NCBI GenBank assembly: GCA_963796455.1
Contig: CAWCLO010000004.1
Coordinates: forward strand, 1,242,263 to 1,306,262
DNA from: Candidatus Sulfomarinibacteraceae bacterium
GTDB taxonomy: Bacteria > Acidobacteriota > Thermoanaerobaculia > Thermoanaerobaculales > Sulfomarinibacteraceae
Direction of reading: 5' to 3'
DNA length: 64,000 nt
Numbering within the stretch: the first letter of the stretch is position 1; each line of letters starts with the position of its first letter. Both the position numbers and the translations under genes were made by a program. The notes beneath the pieces were generated by a model. It made no database searches. It saw only the letters and a list, made by a program, of their open reading frames with translations, and had not been told where the DNA came from. Below are positions 21,196 to 31,535 of the stretch, one piece after another.

Positions 21196-22296
21196 TTACC
21201 GGCCCTTGTCCGTCACCAGATAGGTCGCAAAGCTGCCGAGCCAGTGGCCGCCTTCATAGTGTTCGCCGGTCACCGATGCGAGGCCCGATGCGCTGTGGTT
21301 GGCCGCGGCTGCCTTCAAAGCTGCGCGTCGCGGATCGTCATCGGGCAGACCCGAGGAAATGCCGTCGAGCATCCACGCGCGGCTCAGATTGAGGCCATCG
21401 AGGTGCGCGAGTTTTCCGTCCGTGCGATCGGTGACCACCCCGATGGGGAGCCAGTCGGCGCCGCCATCGGTCGGGATACCGGGCATGAAACCGTCGAGCC
21501 ATTTGGCAAACTGGTGGGGCGGGAAAACTCGTCGCATCAGATCGGCTTCGGCGAGACACGGAGACAAAAAGTCCTGCCCTGAGGGTTCGTAGCTCATCGG
21601 ACACGACAGGTCTTCGAGATAGAACTCGAGACTTTTGCCCTTGATGAGGACCTCCATGTCCTCATTCCCGACGGCCTCGGCCCAATCGAGGATGAGGCCG
21701 AAGGCAAAAGCGGTCTGGCTGTGTTCCCCCGTCCGAATTGGGTAGTGGAGCTTGGGCAACCAGTCGGAGATACGTTGGGCGGCCTCGGCCTCCAGTGGAG
21801 CGATGTTCTTCGCCCAGCCTCGTGCGGCATCGTCATCCCATACCCGCAACTCCTCCGCCAAACACAGCAACCAGGCAAGGCCATAGGGTCGTTCGTAAGA
21901 AGCTCGCCCTTCACCGGCGAGGTACGCCGCCTCCCCCGCCATTTTTTCGCCGCTCAGGCTTCTGGCCAGAGCCGTTCTTGCAGCGGCCGAAAACTCGGCA
22001 TCCGGGTAGAGCCTCGCGAGCCTGGCCAGAAGCCAGTGCCCGTGCACCGAACTGTGCCAATCGAAACATCCGTAGAAGGCCGGAGTCAGATCACGCGGCG
22101 GACCCACATCGTCATCGGACTGCATGACGTGACCGATCTTATTGGGATATTCCTGGTGGACGCACTCGAGAGCAAGCGCAGCGAAACGACCGGCGGTCTC
22201 GTTGTCCACTGTCGCTTCTTCGGCGACACCAGGCGACGAGGACAATACCAAAACGGCCAGCACAGACCGGCAGATGACGCGGATCATATCGGGCAC
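21196..22296 (-). CDS. Secreted DUF2891 family protein
   Basis: EYPNK, PAFYGCFDWHSSVHGHWLL, ERPYGLAWLL, HLDGLNLSRAW, HYEGGHWLGSFA. Confidence 0.88.
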   Translation of the reverse strand: MPDMIRVICRSVLAVLVLSSSPGVAEEATVDNETAGRFAALALECVHQEYPNKIGHVMQSDDDVGPPRDLTPAFYGCFDWHSSVHGHWLLARLARLYPDAEFSAAARTALARSLSGEKMAGEAAYLAGEGRASYERPYGLAWLLCLAEELRVWDDDAARGWAKNIAPLEAEAAQRISDWLPKLHYPIRTGEHSQTAFAFGLILDWAEAVGNEDMEVLIKGKSLEFYLEDLSCPMSYEPSGQDFLSPCLAEADLMRRVFPPHQFAKWLDGFMPGIPTDGGADWLPIGVVTDRTDGKLAHLDGLNLSRAWMLDGISSGLPDDDPRRAALKAAAANHSASGLASVTGEHYEGGHWLGSFATYLVTDKGR

Positions 22297-23349
22297 CTAT
22301 GCCCGGCGGCTGCGGAAGAAGAGCGCCTGTTTGTGGATCGGTTCGGCACGTTCCTCGAGCTCGGCGAGCTGCATTTCGTTGAGCGGGTTGAAGGTACGCG
22401 CGATCTCGATGTCCTCCTCCAGCTGCGGAATGTTGTCGACGCCGACAATCACGGTGCTCACGGGCAACGACAAAACATAGCGCATGGCCTCACGCATGTT
22501 GAGCTTGCCCGGTACGGTGCCGGCATAACGAGATTCCGGGTCCTCCGGGGCCTTCCAAGACGAAAGGAGGAGACCGCGAGCCGGGATCTTCATCCCGATG
22601 ATCCCCATCTCCTTTTCGACCGCAAGCGGAAGCAACTCGTTCTTGAAGCTCAAATAGTGCGGATCCGCCGCGTTCAATGCCAGCAGCACGGTATCGAAAT
22701 CGAAGCGTTTGATGGCTTCGATGAGTACATCCGGGTCGGCGTGACCCGAAATGCCGATGTGACGGACGATCCCCTGCTCCCGAGCCTCGACCAGTGCTTC
22801 GATGGCGCCACCGGGTGCAAAGACCTCGTCGATCTGCGACATACGCGACAGATTGTGCATCTGCCAGAGATCGATGTGGTCCGTCTTCAAGAGCTTGAGT
22901 GAGCGCTCGAGCAGTTTGAAGGATCCGTCCCGGGTCCGGTCGTGGGTCTTTGTGGCAAGGTAGACCTCGCCTCGCCTCTTCGGCATGACCTCGCCGAAAT
23001 ATTGTTCGGACCAGCGATGCTCGACTCCACCGTAGCGCGCCGAGGTATCGGCATAGTTGACGCCGAGGTCGAGGGCCTTTTCGATCAGCGGCACCGCGAC
23101 ATCGAAATTGTCGGGCTGTTCGATGGCCGCCTGCCCACCGAGGCTGAAGATCCCGACCTGGAAACCCGTCTTGCCGAGGTTGCGGGTCGGCATGGCGTCG
23201 GGTGTGACCGGGTTGTTCGGTAAGGCCGGGATTTTTCCGGTCGTCTCACCCATCACACCCTTGGCCACGAAGCCTGCCGCTGCGGCCGTTCCGAGTTTGA
23301 TCACATCTCGTCTTTGGATCTTTGCGCCTTTGTTCTCAGAATCTGCCAT
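22297..23349 (-). CDS. Aldo/keto reductase with twin-arginine-like signal
   Basis: QRRDVIKLG; LGKTG; DTSARYG; LATKT; DHIDLWQMH; IGISGH. Confidence 0.87.
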   Translation of the reverse strand: MADSENKGAKIQRRDVIKLGTAAAAGFVAKGVMGETTGKIPALPNNPVTPDAMPTRNLGKTGFQVGIFSLGGQAAIEQPDNFDVAVPLIEKALDLGVNYADTSARYGGVEHRWSEQYFGEVMPKRRGEVYLATKTHDRTRDGSFKLLERSLKLLKTDHIDLWQMHNLSRMSQIDEVFAPGGAIEALVEAREQGIVRHIGISGHADPDVLIEAIKRFDFDTVLLALNAADPHYLSFKNELLPLAVEKEMGIIGMKIPARGLLLSSWKAPEDPESRYAGTVPGKLNMREAMRYVLSLPVSTVIVGVDNIPQLEEDIEIARTFNPLNEMQLAELEERAEPIHKQALFFRSRRA

Positions 23350-23405
23350 GGCTCTTCCCCCGCGCCAATAGTACATCGACCGTCGCAAGATCGGAGACCG
23401 ATCTT

Positions 23406-23963
23406 TCACCTGACCTTGCGTACGTTCTCCATGGTGCCATCGGCGCCGTCGTAGTCCTCGACTTCGACGTGACCGTCTGCATCGATCGTCAGCGCGGCCG
23501 CCACGTGGAGTGTGCCGCTCCCCCGACCAAATCCATCGACCACGAACTCGGCGATGCCAAATGGGTACCCGAGGGAATCCTCACCAAAGGTGGTTTCTTC
23601 AACCTGGATCCGACGTGGTGTGAGAAAGAGATACCGGTATCCCCGTCCCTCCTCCTCGACGACAACCAGCGCCACCGGCATCTGCAGGGCGCCGAGCATC
23701 AGCCGACCGTCGTTGCGACCCGTCAGGGCCGACAAAAGCGCCCCTTGCCCACCCTCTTCGAGCACGGCGGCAAGGTGCTGCGCCTGTTCGACGGAGGTGA
23801 ACCGGTTGGCGACCAGGGTGATCGACATTCGACGGGTATCGGTGGTCGAACGAATCACGCCATCGGCCGAAAACTCGCGTCCGGGTTCTTCAGCCCACAG
23901 AGGCTGCATCGACGCGGCGATCATCATCATTCCTGAAAACACGGTCAAACGGTGGTTCTTCAT
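23406..23963 (-). CDS. Hypothetical secreted protein
   Basis: Signal-like N-terminus, typical codon usage, co-directional with the AKR. Confidence 0.7.
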   Translation of the reverse strand: MKNHRLTVFSGMMMIAASMQPLWAEEPGREFSADGVIRSTTDTRRMSITLVANRFTSVEQAQHLAAVLEEGGQGALLSALTGRNDGRLMLGALQMPVALVVVEEEGRGYRYLFLTPRRIQVEETTFGEDSLGYPFGIAEFVVDGFGRGSGTLHVAAALTIDADGHVEVEDYDGADGTMENVRKVR

Positions 23964-24037
23964 TCATCCCTCACAGAGGATTTTTGCGGCTCACAGGATA
24001 CCCGCGACCGTCGAGGAGTTGAAGTGATCATTGGCCC

Positions 24038-24090
24038 CTCCTCCCCTCTGCCGCTCTGCCCGTCTGCCCGTCTGTTCCTCCGCTCCGCCG
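24038..24090 (+). repeat. Degenerate CCTCTGCC octamer array
   Basis: ctcctcccctctgccgctctgcccgtctgcccgtctgttcctccgctccgcc. Confidence 0.6.
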
Positions 24091-24127
24091 CCCAAATCGG
24101 CTTCAGCCGAAACTCTGAAGGCACTCC

Positions 24128-24157
24128 TTTACACTTCACTCCCGACCTGTGTAAACT
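24128..24157 (+). promoter_or_regulatory. Putative sigma70 promoter of the HMGCS operon
   Basis: TTTACA-N18-TAAACT; GGAGG RBS before ATG 24227. Confidence 0.45.
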
Positions 24158-24226
24158 GATTTTCGACGCAGTGCGTCAATACATAAGATAACGGATCTCA
24201 TTACAGTTTCACGACTTGGAGGCCCC

Positions 24227-25285
24227 ATGAGCGTAGGAATTGTCGGTTACGGCGCCTTTTTACCGCGCCGTCGAATCAAACTCGAGGAGATCGCCAAGGT
24301 GTGGGGCGCGGACGCCCCCTCCTACCGCCGCGGGCTCCAACTCAACGAGAAATCGGTGCCGGGCGCGGACGAGGACACCGTCACGATGTCGGTCGAGGCG
24401 ACGCGCAATGCATTTGCCCGTTCTGGCGGGGTCGACCCGAAGGAGATCGGCGCCCTCTACATCGGCTCCGAATCGCACCCCTATGCGGTGAAGCCCTCGG
24501 GCACCATCGTCGCGGAGGCGGTCGGAGCCACCCCGGACATCCACATCGCCGACTTCGAGTTTGCCTGCAAGGCGGGAACCGAAAGCATGTTCGTGGCTCA
24601 ATCGCTGGTCAAGTCCGGCGAGGTCAAGTACGCGGTCGGCATCGGGGCCGACACCTCCCAGGGTGCCCCCGGCGACGCCCTCGAGTACTCGGCGGCAGCC
24701 GGCGCCGCGGCATTCATCTTCGGCGACGACGATGACCGCAATCTGGCCGAGGTCCTGGCCACCTATTCGTGGACCACCGACACCCCGGACTTCTGGCGCC
24801 GTGAGTACATGCACTATCCCCGCCACGGAAGCCGTTTCACCGGCGAACCGGCCTATTTCCGCACCACCATGAATTCGGCAAACGGCATCATGGAGAAAGC
24901 GGGCCTCGAGCCCGGCGACTTCGCCCACGCCATCTTCCACCAGCCCAACGGCAAGTTTCCGATGCGGGTCGGCAAAAAACTCGGTTTCACCCAGGAACAG
25001 CTCGAAACCGGCTGGCTTTCGCCCTGGCTCGGCAACACCTACTCCGGCGCCTCGCCCATCGGTCTGACCGCGGTGCTCGACATCGCCAAACCGGGCGACC
25101 TGGTGCTGATCACTTCCTTTGGTTCGGGTGCCGGATCCGACTCCTTCGTTTTCCGCGTCACCGACCGCATCGAGCAGGTCCGCGATCTTGCCGCAAAGAC
25201 CCGGCCCCAGCTCGATGAAAACCAGATCTACGTGGACTACGGCACCTACGCCAAGCTCCGCGGCAAGATCCGCATGGGCGAGTGA
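24227..25285 (+). CDS. Hydroxymethylglutaryl-CoA synthase, archaeal type
   Basis: [11 protein letters not shown] (Glu), EFACKAGT (Cys), [17 protein letters not shown] (His), [15 protein letters not shown]. Confidence 0.9.
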   Translation: MSVGIVGYGAFLPRRRIKLEEIAKVWGADAPSYRRGLQLNEKSVPGADEDTVTMSVEATRNAFARSGGVDPKEIGALYIGSESHPYAVKPSGTIVAEAVGATPDIHIADFEFACKAGTESMFVAQSLVKSGEVKYAVGIGADTSQGAPGDALEYSAAAGAAAFIFGDDDDRNLAEVLATYSWTTDTPDFWRREYMHYPRHGSRFTGEPAYFRTTMNSANGIMEKAGLEPGDFAHAIFHQPNGKFPMRVGKKLGFTQEQLETGWLSPWLGNTYSGASPIGLTAVLDIAKPGDLVLITSFGSGAGSDSFVFRVTDRIEQVRDLAAKTRPQLDENQIYVDYGTYAKLRGKIRMGE

Positions 25286-25295
25286 GGGGGTGGTG

Positions 25296-26459
25296 ATGCG
25301 AGACGTTGCTGTAGTCGGAGTTGGAATGACCGAGTTCGGCGAGCTGTGGGGCAAGAGCCTGCGGACCATCTGGGCCGAGGCCGCATTTGCCGCCATCGCC
25401 GACGCCGGAGTCGATTCGATCGATCTCATCACCATCGGGTGCATGTCGCCCGGGCTCTTCGTGGGCCAGGAGCACCTCGCTTCCCTGCTCGCGGACGAAC
25501 TCGGAATGGCCGGCACCGCCGCCTCGCGCGTCGAGTCGGCGTGCGCTTCCGGTGGGCTCGCGCTGAGGACCGGTTTCGCCGAGGTCGCCTCGGGTCTGTC
25601 GGACACGGTCCTGGTGACCGGAGTCGAAAAGATGACCGATGTGGATGGCGCCGACGCCACCTATGCACTCGGCACCGCCGCCGATCAGGAATGGGAGGGC
25701 TTCCACGGAATCACCTTCCCGGGTCTCTATGCCATGTTGGCCCGCGCCCACATGCAGCGCTTTGGAACCACGGTCGAGCAGATGGCGGCCGTTGCAGTGA
25801 AAAACCATAACAACGGATTGCTCAACCCGCACGCCCAGTACCACCTCAAGATCACGGTGGAAGACGTGCTGCAATCGACCATGGTGGCCGATCCGTTGCA
25901 CCTCTTCGACTGCTCGCCGGTCACCGATGGTGCCGCGGCGCTGGTTCTGACGACCGTCGAAAAGGCCAAGAAGCTCTCCGGCGACCGTCCGGTAGTGACC
26001 ATCACCGGCTCGGGGCTCGCCACCGACACCATTACCCTCGCCAATCGAGAAGATCTGAGCGAGCTCGCCGCGGTCCGCAAGGCGGCCGATCGGGCCTATC
26101 AGATGGCCGGCAAGAAACCCGGCGACCTCGATGTGGTCGAGGTCCACGACTGCTTCACGATTGCCGAGATCATGGCCACCGAAGCCATCGGGCTCTTCGA
26201 GCCCGGCAAGGGCGCCGCGGCGGTCGAGGAAGGCCTCACCGCCATCGGCGGCAAGATCCCGGTCAACACCTCCGGCGGTCTCAAATCCAAGGGACATCCG
26301 GTCGGAGCAACCGGCGTCGCCCAGGTGGCGGAGATCACGGATCAGCTTCGCGGCGAAGCCGGCGACCGCCAGGTCGCGGGGGCCAAAACGGGTCTCGCCC
26401 AGAACATGGGTGGATCGGGCGGCAGTTCGATCGTCCACATCCTGGAGGTGCAATCATGA
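25296..26459 (+). CDS. Acetyl-CoA acetyltransferase (archaeal/SCP2-type thiolase)
   Basis: RVESACASG (Cys), [31 protein letters not shown]. Confidence 0.92.
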   Translation: MRDVAVVGVGMTEFGELWGKSLRTIWAEAAFAAIADAGVDSIDLITIGCMSPGLFVGQEHLASLLADELGMAGTAASRVESACASGGLALRTGFAEVASGLSDTVLVTGVEKMTDVDGADATYALGTAADQEWEGFHGITFPGLYAMLARAHMQRFGTTVEQMAAVAVKNHNNGLLNPHAQYHLKITVEDVLQSTMVADPLHLFDCSPVTDGAAALVLTTVEKAKKLSGDRPVVTITGSGLATDTITLANREDLSELAAVRKAADRAYQMAGKKPGDLDVVEVHDCFTIAEIMATEAIGLFEPGKGAAAVEEGLTAIGGKIPVNTSGGLKSKGHPVGATGVAQVAEITDQLRGEAGDRQVAGAKTGLAQNMGGSGGSSIVHILEVQS

Positions 26460-26854
26460 TTTCCCCGGGTCGTTCCTGGCGTGAGTTTCCGCAGCGCTAC
26501 CGTCTCGAGGCCGCCAAGTGCACAATCTGTGGCAAGGTTCACTATCCGCCGCGAGTGAGGTGTTCCAAGTGCGGCGCCTCCACCTTCGAGGACATCGTGC
26601 TTCCCCGTGAAGGCAAGATCGTCACCTTCACGATCGTGCGCGTGCCGCCGGCCGGTTTCACCGAGCAAACCCCGTTGCCGATAGCACTCGTGGAGTTGAT
26701 GGATGGAGTTCGGGTCATGGTCCAGGTCGGCGACGTCGCCGATCCAAACGATCTCGAAATCGGCATGCCGGTTCGTCTCGAGTTCCGCCGAATTTCGTGG
26801 GATGGCGAGGCCGGGTTGATCTTCTACGGCCACAAGGCAGTGTGCGCCTTATAA
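26456..26854 (+). CDS. DUF35 Zn-ribbon/OB-fold protein (thiolase partner)
   Basis: CTICG..YPPR..CSKC zinc ribbon followed by OB fold; ATGA overlap with the thiolase. Confidence 0.9.
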   Translation: MISPGRSWREFPQRYRLEAAKCTICGKVHYPPRVRCSKCGASTFEDIVLPREGKIVTFTIVRVPPAGFTEQTPLPIALVELMDGVRVMVQVGDVADPNDLEIGMPVRLEFRRISWDGEAGLIFYGHKAVCAL

Positions 26855-26906
26855 TTCGGAATCATTATTGATTGACTGGGCCCCGGGCTTCGGAGACAAT
26901 GGAACC

Positions 26907-27278
26907 ATGAGCCAGGATGATTTTTCGAGCAATCTCTGTTCCATCAATGAGATCGATCCCGAGCGCGTTGCCTTGGTCCAGAAACAGGCGCTCCCCGACA
27001 GAACGATCGAACGGCTCAGCCGGCTGTTTTCGGCATTGTCCGATCCCACACGTATCAAGATCCTTCACGCCCTCAAGGTGACGGACGAATTGTGTGTCTG
27101 CGATCTTGCAGCTCTTGCGGAGCTGTCGGTATCGGCGGTCAGTCATCAACTGCGTCTTCTGCGGGATCGCGATCTCGTCCAAGCCCGGCGCGACGGTCGG
27201 ATGGTTTTCTACAGTCTGGCGGATGATCACATCAAGGTCCTGATGGGAACCGGTGTGGAGCACGCCGACGAAGACTGA
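26907..27278 (+). CDS. ArsR/SmtB (CadC-like) metal-responsive repressor
   Basis: LSDPTRIKIL, ELCVCDL, SAVSHQLRLLR, YSLADDHI. Confidence 0.9.
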   Translation: MSQDDFSSNLCSINEIDPERVALVQKQALPDRTIERLSRLFSALSDPTRIKILHALKVTDELCVCDLAALAELSVSAVSHQLRLLRDRDLVQARRDGRMVFYSLADDHIKVLMGTGVEHADED

Positions 27279-27665
27279 AATCGGAGTTCGGAGTTCGGAG
27301 TTTGGAATTCGGAATTCCGCCCACCCTGAAGCACCGCCATCCGGAGTGACCAATGATTCTTTGGAGGCGGGTCCTTCAGGGCCCGCCACCAATCGCGACA
27401 GGTCCCTTCAACCGCATCGGGCGTTGACACCATCCGTTGGCGCAACCTAAAGGATGCGCCTACATTTTGCTTTGCAGACCCCAATTGTCATCCTGAGTGA
27501 GGCCGTCGGACGGCCTAAGACTCGTGACAAAGAGAGCTCTCCCCTGCCCCTCTGCGTCAGTCGCTATCGCTATCGGGATCGCTATCACTATCGAATGGTT
27601 GGCCGGTCTCCCTTTCTCCCCTTTCTCCCTTTCTCCCTTTCTCCCTTTCTCCCTTTCCCTCTGCC
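27279..27665. repeat. Composite spacer: TTCGGAG array, two REP-like hairpins (27361-27392, 27436-27463), TGTCATCCTGAG arm, TCGCTA hexamers, TTTCTCCC array
   Basis: Direct reading of the sequence. Confidence 0.8.
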
Positions 27666-27721
27666 ATAGTCGGACGCGGGTGAGGGTGTGAAAAGCCGGC
27701 ACCGATACAATGAAATGACCG

Positions 27722-29413
27722 ATGAAGCTCCACTTCAAGTCCGCAAGCGGTTCGCCTACCGGTCCTGGAAAGGCCGCCGGCAAAGGTTGCGGCACATTAT
27801 TCTTCGGTCTATTCTTCGCGATGGGGATGCTCTTTGTCGTGTTTCTGCTCGGCGAGGCATTCAGAACGGCAGCACCCTGGTTCTGGGAAGCAACAGACTG
27901 CACCATCATCTCCTCGGGGGTTTCAGAAACCGGTGACGACGAACACCCATATCTACCCCGCGCCCATTTCAGCTACGAGTTTGATGGCACCATCCGCGAA
28001 AGTAGAGCCTTCTACCGAAATTACAAGGGCACATCCAGCTACGATCGCGCACGCGATTGGGCCGCTCCCTACCCAGAAGGCAGCCACGCGACCTGCTACG
28101 TGAGCCCCGATCAACCGGCGCTGGCAGTTCTCGAGCGCCGGCAGCCGTGGATCGTTCTCCTCGTCCTGTTCCCGATGATCTTCGTTGCGATTGGCGCAGG
28201 CGGTCTGTGGGCTGTTTGGAAAGCTACCCCTGATGCCGAGGACGATGAAACCCAATCCATCTCGCAGAAGGCCGCCGGCGGTCGCGGACAGAAGGTGATG
28301 TTGGTGGTCGGTCTGATCTTCACGGTCGTCGGAGGCGCGATCTTCGTGCCGCTCTTTGCTCTTCCAATCACCCGTCTTGCCATATCCCTGTCCTGGAACG
28401 AAACACCCTGCACCATCGTATATTCGGGGATTCGATCCTGGGAGACCGACGACGGTTCCTCCCACCGTGCGGACGTGCACTACGATTACGAAAGCGGCGG
28501 TCGAATGTGGCGCTCCAACACGGTCGATTTCTTTTCGATCGTCACCACCGGCCGCAAAGACGCTCGGGCTGTGCGTGACCGCCATCCTCGGGGCGAGTCC
28601 CGCACCTGCTACGTCAGTTCCCGCGACCCTTCGAAGTCGGTCCTCGAGCGCCAATTCCGACTGAAACACCTCCTCGGCGGAATCCCGGTCATCTTTCTGA
28701 TCGCCGGTCTGGCGCTGACCAAACACGGTTTGAAGAAACTGCGCAGAGGAAGCGACGCCAAGCAGGCGATCGAAGAAGAGGAAGAGAAGTCCCGCGATCC
28801 GATCATCCTCGAACCAACGATGGGCCCCATGGGCAAGGTCTTCGGCACCCTCTTTTTCGCTCTTTTCTGGAACGGCATCGTTTCGATCTTCCTGTGGCAG
28901 GTCGTCAAGTCCTGGCGGCGCGGCGATCCGGAGTGGTTCCACACCTTCTTCCTCATCCCCTTCGTGCTGGTAGGCATCGCCTCCATAATCTTCGTTTTTT
29001 ATTTCCTGCTCGCGACCGCCAATCCCCGGCCCAGGATCAGCCTCGCATCTGGACAACCTCGTCTCGGAGACACCGTCCAGATCGAGTGGTTCTTCAGCGG
29101 CCGCGCCTCTCGAATCGGCCACCTCGAAATAACTCTCGAGGGTCGTGAGGAAGCCACCTATCAAAGGGGCACCAACACCTACACCGAAAAAGAGGTTTTC
29201 GCCACCCATACGCTCGTCGATACCCGGAATGACTGGGAGATTCCACAGGGCAGCGCGTTGGTGCTGCTGCCTGACGACACTATGCACAGCCTCGCCGCCG
29301 ACAACAACAAAATCATCTGGGAGATCAAGGTCAGCGGCGACATCAGACGATGGCCGGATATCGACGAAGCCCTCCCGATCACCGTCAAACCGCTCCCCAT
29401 CGAGGTTCTGTGA
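27722..29413 (+). CDS. Membrane protein with two DUF3592-like domains and a C-terminal beta-sandwich
   Basis: Two repeats of TM-W.(A/E)T.C.I..S...Y.Y.....CYVS...P...VLER. Confidence 0.75.
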   Translation: MKLHFKSASGSPTGPGKAAGKGCGTLFFGLFFAMGMLFVVFLLGEAFRTAAPWFWEATDCTIISSGVSETGDDEHPYLPRAHFSYEFDGTIRESRAFYRNYKGTSSYDRARDWAAPYPEGSHATCYVSPDQPALAVLERRQPWIVLLVLFPMIFVAIGAGGLWAVWKATPDAEDDETQSISQKAAGGRGQKVMLVVGLIFTVVGGAIFVPLFALPITRLAISLSWNETPCTIVYSGIRSWETDDGSSHRADVHYDYESGGRMWRSNTVDFFSIVTTGRKDARAVRDRHPRGESRTCYVSSRDPSKSVLERQFRLKHLLGGIPVIFLIAGLALTKHGLKKLRRGSDAKQAIEEEEEKSRDPIILEPTMGPMGKVFGTLFFALFWNGIVSIFLWQVVKSWRRGDPEWFHTFFLIPFVLVGIASIIFVFYFLLATANPRPRISLASGQPRLGDTVQIEWFFSGRASRIGHLEITLEGREEATYQRGTNTYTEKEVFATHTLVDTRNDWEIPQGSALVLLPDDTMHSLAADNNKIIWEIKVSGDIRRWPDIDEALPITVKPLPIEVL

Positions 29414-29778
29414 TGAAACTCGTCATCACGACCTCCGAGGGTGGAAGCTGGTACAAACCGGGAGAGACCATCAAAGTCAACACCGAGTGGTATCTCGACG
29501 ACGAGGACGACGCGATCGAAGTTCGCCTCTTCTGGCATACCTCGGGCACCGGCACACAGGACGTGGGAATCATGCAGACCCGACGGATCGACCGACCCGA
29601 GCGCAATGGCAATCGATCATTCCAACTCAGGGTTCCGCGCGGCCCCTACTCCTTTTCCGGCAAGCTCATCACCCTTTCGTGGGCGATCGAGGTCGTGGTC
29701 CTGCCAGGTGGCGAAACCGAGCGCTGCGATCTCATCATCGGTCCACAACCGGTTGAGGTCGATCTCACACAATCATGA
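29413..29778 (+). CDS. Hypothetical protein (arrestin/SpoOM-like beta-sandwich?)
   Basis: TGATG overlap; EVRLFWHTSG.G..D and PYSFSGKLITLSW. Confidence 0.65.
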   Translation: MKLVITTSEGGSWYKPGETIKVNTEWYLDDEDDAIEVRLFWHTSGTGTQDVGIMQTRRIDRPERNGNRSFQLRVPRGPYSFSGKLITLSWAIEVVVLPGGETERCDLIIGPQPVEVDLTQS

Positions 29779-30359
29779 AAACCAGGCGGCCCGCCGATAA
29801 TCCATTTGCCAGCCACCGGGTCGAGGCCCTCCCCTATCGCAACGCGGACGCCTCGGTATCCGGGCTTGTGGACCGGATCAGGGAGATGGGCGGTCGAGCA
29901 GCCATCGTCGGGCCTGAAGGCAGCGGCAAAACCACCCTGCTTGAAGAGCTCGCCTCGTGCTGCGAAGACCGTGCCGTCATGATTCGTCTGCCCGGGAGTT
30001 GTGCCCACCCGTGGCGCACTGCGCGGCAGCAGGTCCCCGATCACCTGGATTCGAATCGGTCGGTATTCGTCGACGGTTCCGAACAGCTCAGAGTGATCGG
30101 TTGGCTGAGACTTCGAGTGGCGACACGCAGGGCCGGCTCGTTGGTGGTCACCCTCCACCGGCCCGGCCGCCTCCCGACACTGATCGAGTGCCGCACCGAT
30201 CCGGATCTCTTGCGCAAGCTCGTCGCCGAGCTGGCACCGGAAGATGCCGCCGAACTCGACCCGATGCTCGATGCACTCTTCCATCGCCACGCGGGAGATA
30301 TCAGGCTGTGCCTGCGGGAGTTGTATGACGTGTATGCAGGACGCAAGGAAAAGGTTTGA
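29775..30359 (+). CDS. Small P-loop ATPase
   Basis: Walker A GPEGSGKTT; Walker B-like VFVDGSEQ; ATGA overlap. Confidence 0.75.
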   Translation: MKTRRPADNPFASHRVEALPYRNADASVSGLVDRIREMGGRAAIVGPEGSGKTTLLEELASCCEDRAVMIRLPGSCAHPWRTARQQVPDHLDSNRSVFVDGSEQLRVIGWLRLRVATRRAGSLVVTLHRPGRLPTLIECRTDPDLLRKLVAELAPEDAAELDPMLDALFHRHAGDIRLCLRELYDVYAGRKEKV

Positions 30360-30455
30360 GGTTTGAGTTTTGAGGTTTGAGTTTCATCGCAGTGTTTTCG
30401 AGACGATCGAGGCCTCGCAACCGCCAACTCAAAACTCAGAACTCAAAACTCTTTC
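30352..30455. repeat. Inverted heptamer arrays (TTTGAGG/TTTGAGT vs AACTCAA) between convergent genes
   Basis: aggtttgaggtttgagttttgaggtttgagtttc ... aactcaaaactcagaactcaaaactc. Confidence 0.8.
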
Positions 30456-30456
30456 T

Positions 30457-30882
30457 CTACTCCTTCTCCACAGGTCGATCGGCGCTCATCTGAATCCCTT
30501 TGGCGCCGGCCTTTCGAGCCAGATCGAGCACACGCACCACAACGCCGTAATCGGCTCCCTGGTCACCCTTGAGGATGATGCCGTCATCGGGAGCGCGCTC
30601 GACGAGCTGTTTGATTCGAGCCTCGAGCTCCGAATCGGGCACGAGCCGGTCGTCGATCCAAACCGTCCCGTCGGTTGCCACCTTGACCTCGGGTGGTTTT
30701 TCTTCCTTGTTGATGCCGACCGACTCTGCGGTCTCCGCCTCGGGCAGTTTGAGCTTGAGTCGTTCGTCGCTGACGAACTGGGTGGTCACCGCGTAGAAGA
30801 TCAGCAGCAGGAAGATGACGTCGATCAGCGGCGACATCTGAACTTCCGGTTTGCGTCCGGTGCGAAGGGGCGCCAGTCGCAT
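30457..30882 (-). CDS. exbD: ExbD/TolR biopolymer transport protein
   Basis: MSPLIDVIFLLLIF; KGD..ADYG.VV.VLD. Confidence 0.88.
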   Translation of the reverse strand: MRLAPLRTGRKPEVQMSPLIDVIFLLLIFYAVTTQFVSDERLKLKLPEAETAESVGINKEEKPPEVKVATDGTVWIDDRLVPDSELEARIKQLVERAPDDGIILKGDQGADYGVVVRVLDLARKAGAKGIQMSADRPVEKE

Positions 30883-31514
30883 CAGGATTCCTCTTTCTCA
30901 TCCTCGACACGTTCGTGCTCACGGACCAGGTGGAGAAAATCGAGAATCTGGGCCTCGATTTCCGCCAGGATGGTGATCGCACGCGACTCGAGATAGGAGT
31001 GGGTGAAGAGTGCCGGGATGGCGATCACCAGACCGGTCGCCGTTGTGATCAGAGCCTGCGAGATACCCGACGACAAAGCTTCGGTGATTCCCGAACCGGC
31101 GGTCGCGACAACCGAAAAGATCTTGATCATACCGATGACCGTGCCCAGGAGGCCGAGCAGCGGTGCGCCGGCAACGATCGTTGCAAGGGCCGGCAATCCA
31201 CGCTGCAACCCCATCAATTGCAGGCGACCCGTGTCCTCGAGAATCTCCTTGAGTTCCTCATAGGGTGCGTGGCGGTTTTCGACCAGAGCCGTCACCAGAT
31301 CGGCGAAAGGCCCCGGGTGGCGCCGGCAGTAATCGGTCGCGGCGCGGAACTTGTTGCTCGCGAGCAGCCCTGAAAGCGTCTCCACGGTCGTATTTTGCAG
31401 GTAATTCGAGCGCCGCAGAATGAACATCCGCTCGAGGATGATGGCGAGGGCGACCAGCGAAAGGATCCCGAGAGGGATCATCACCGGACCGCCGTTGATT
31501 AGAATATCGACCAC
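30882..31514 (-). CDS. exbB: ExbB/TolQ/MotA proton-channel protein
   Basis: APLLGLLGTVIGMI; GISQALITTATGLVIAIPA. Confidence 0.9.
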   Translation of the reverse strand: MVDILINGGPVMIPLGILSLVALAIILERMFILRRSNYLQNTTVETLSGLLASNKFRAATDYCRRHPGPFADLVTALVENRHAPYEELKEILEDTGRLQLMGLQRGLPALATIVAGAPLLGLLGTVIGMIKIFSVVATAGSGITEALSSGISQALITTATGLVIAIPALFTHSYLESRAITILAEIEAQILDFLHLVREHERVEDEKEES

Positions 31515-31535
31515 ACAGAACTCCTATTCTCAGGA

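Noticed and set aside
24227..26854. phlACB (DAPG acetyltransferase) cluster
   Set aside because: Gene order matches, but the synthase keeps the catalytic Glu/Cys/His and no type III PKS (phlD) is adjacent.
26907..27278. Metal-resistance operon controlled by the ArsR regulator
   Set aside because: No efflux ATPase, permease or metallothionein adjacent and no convincing operator seen.
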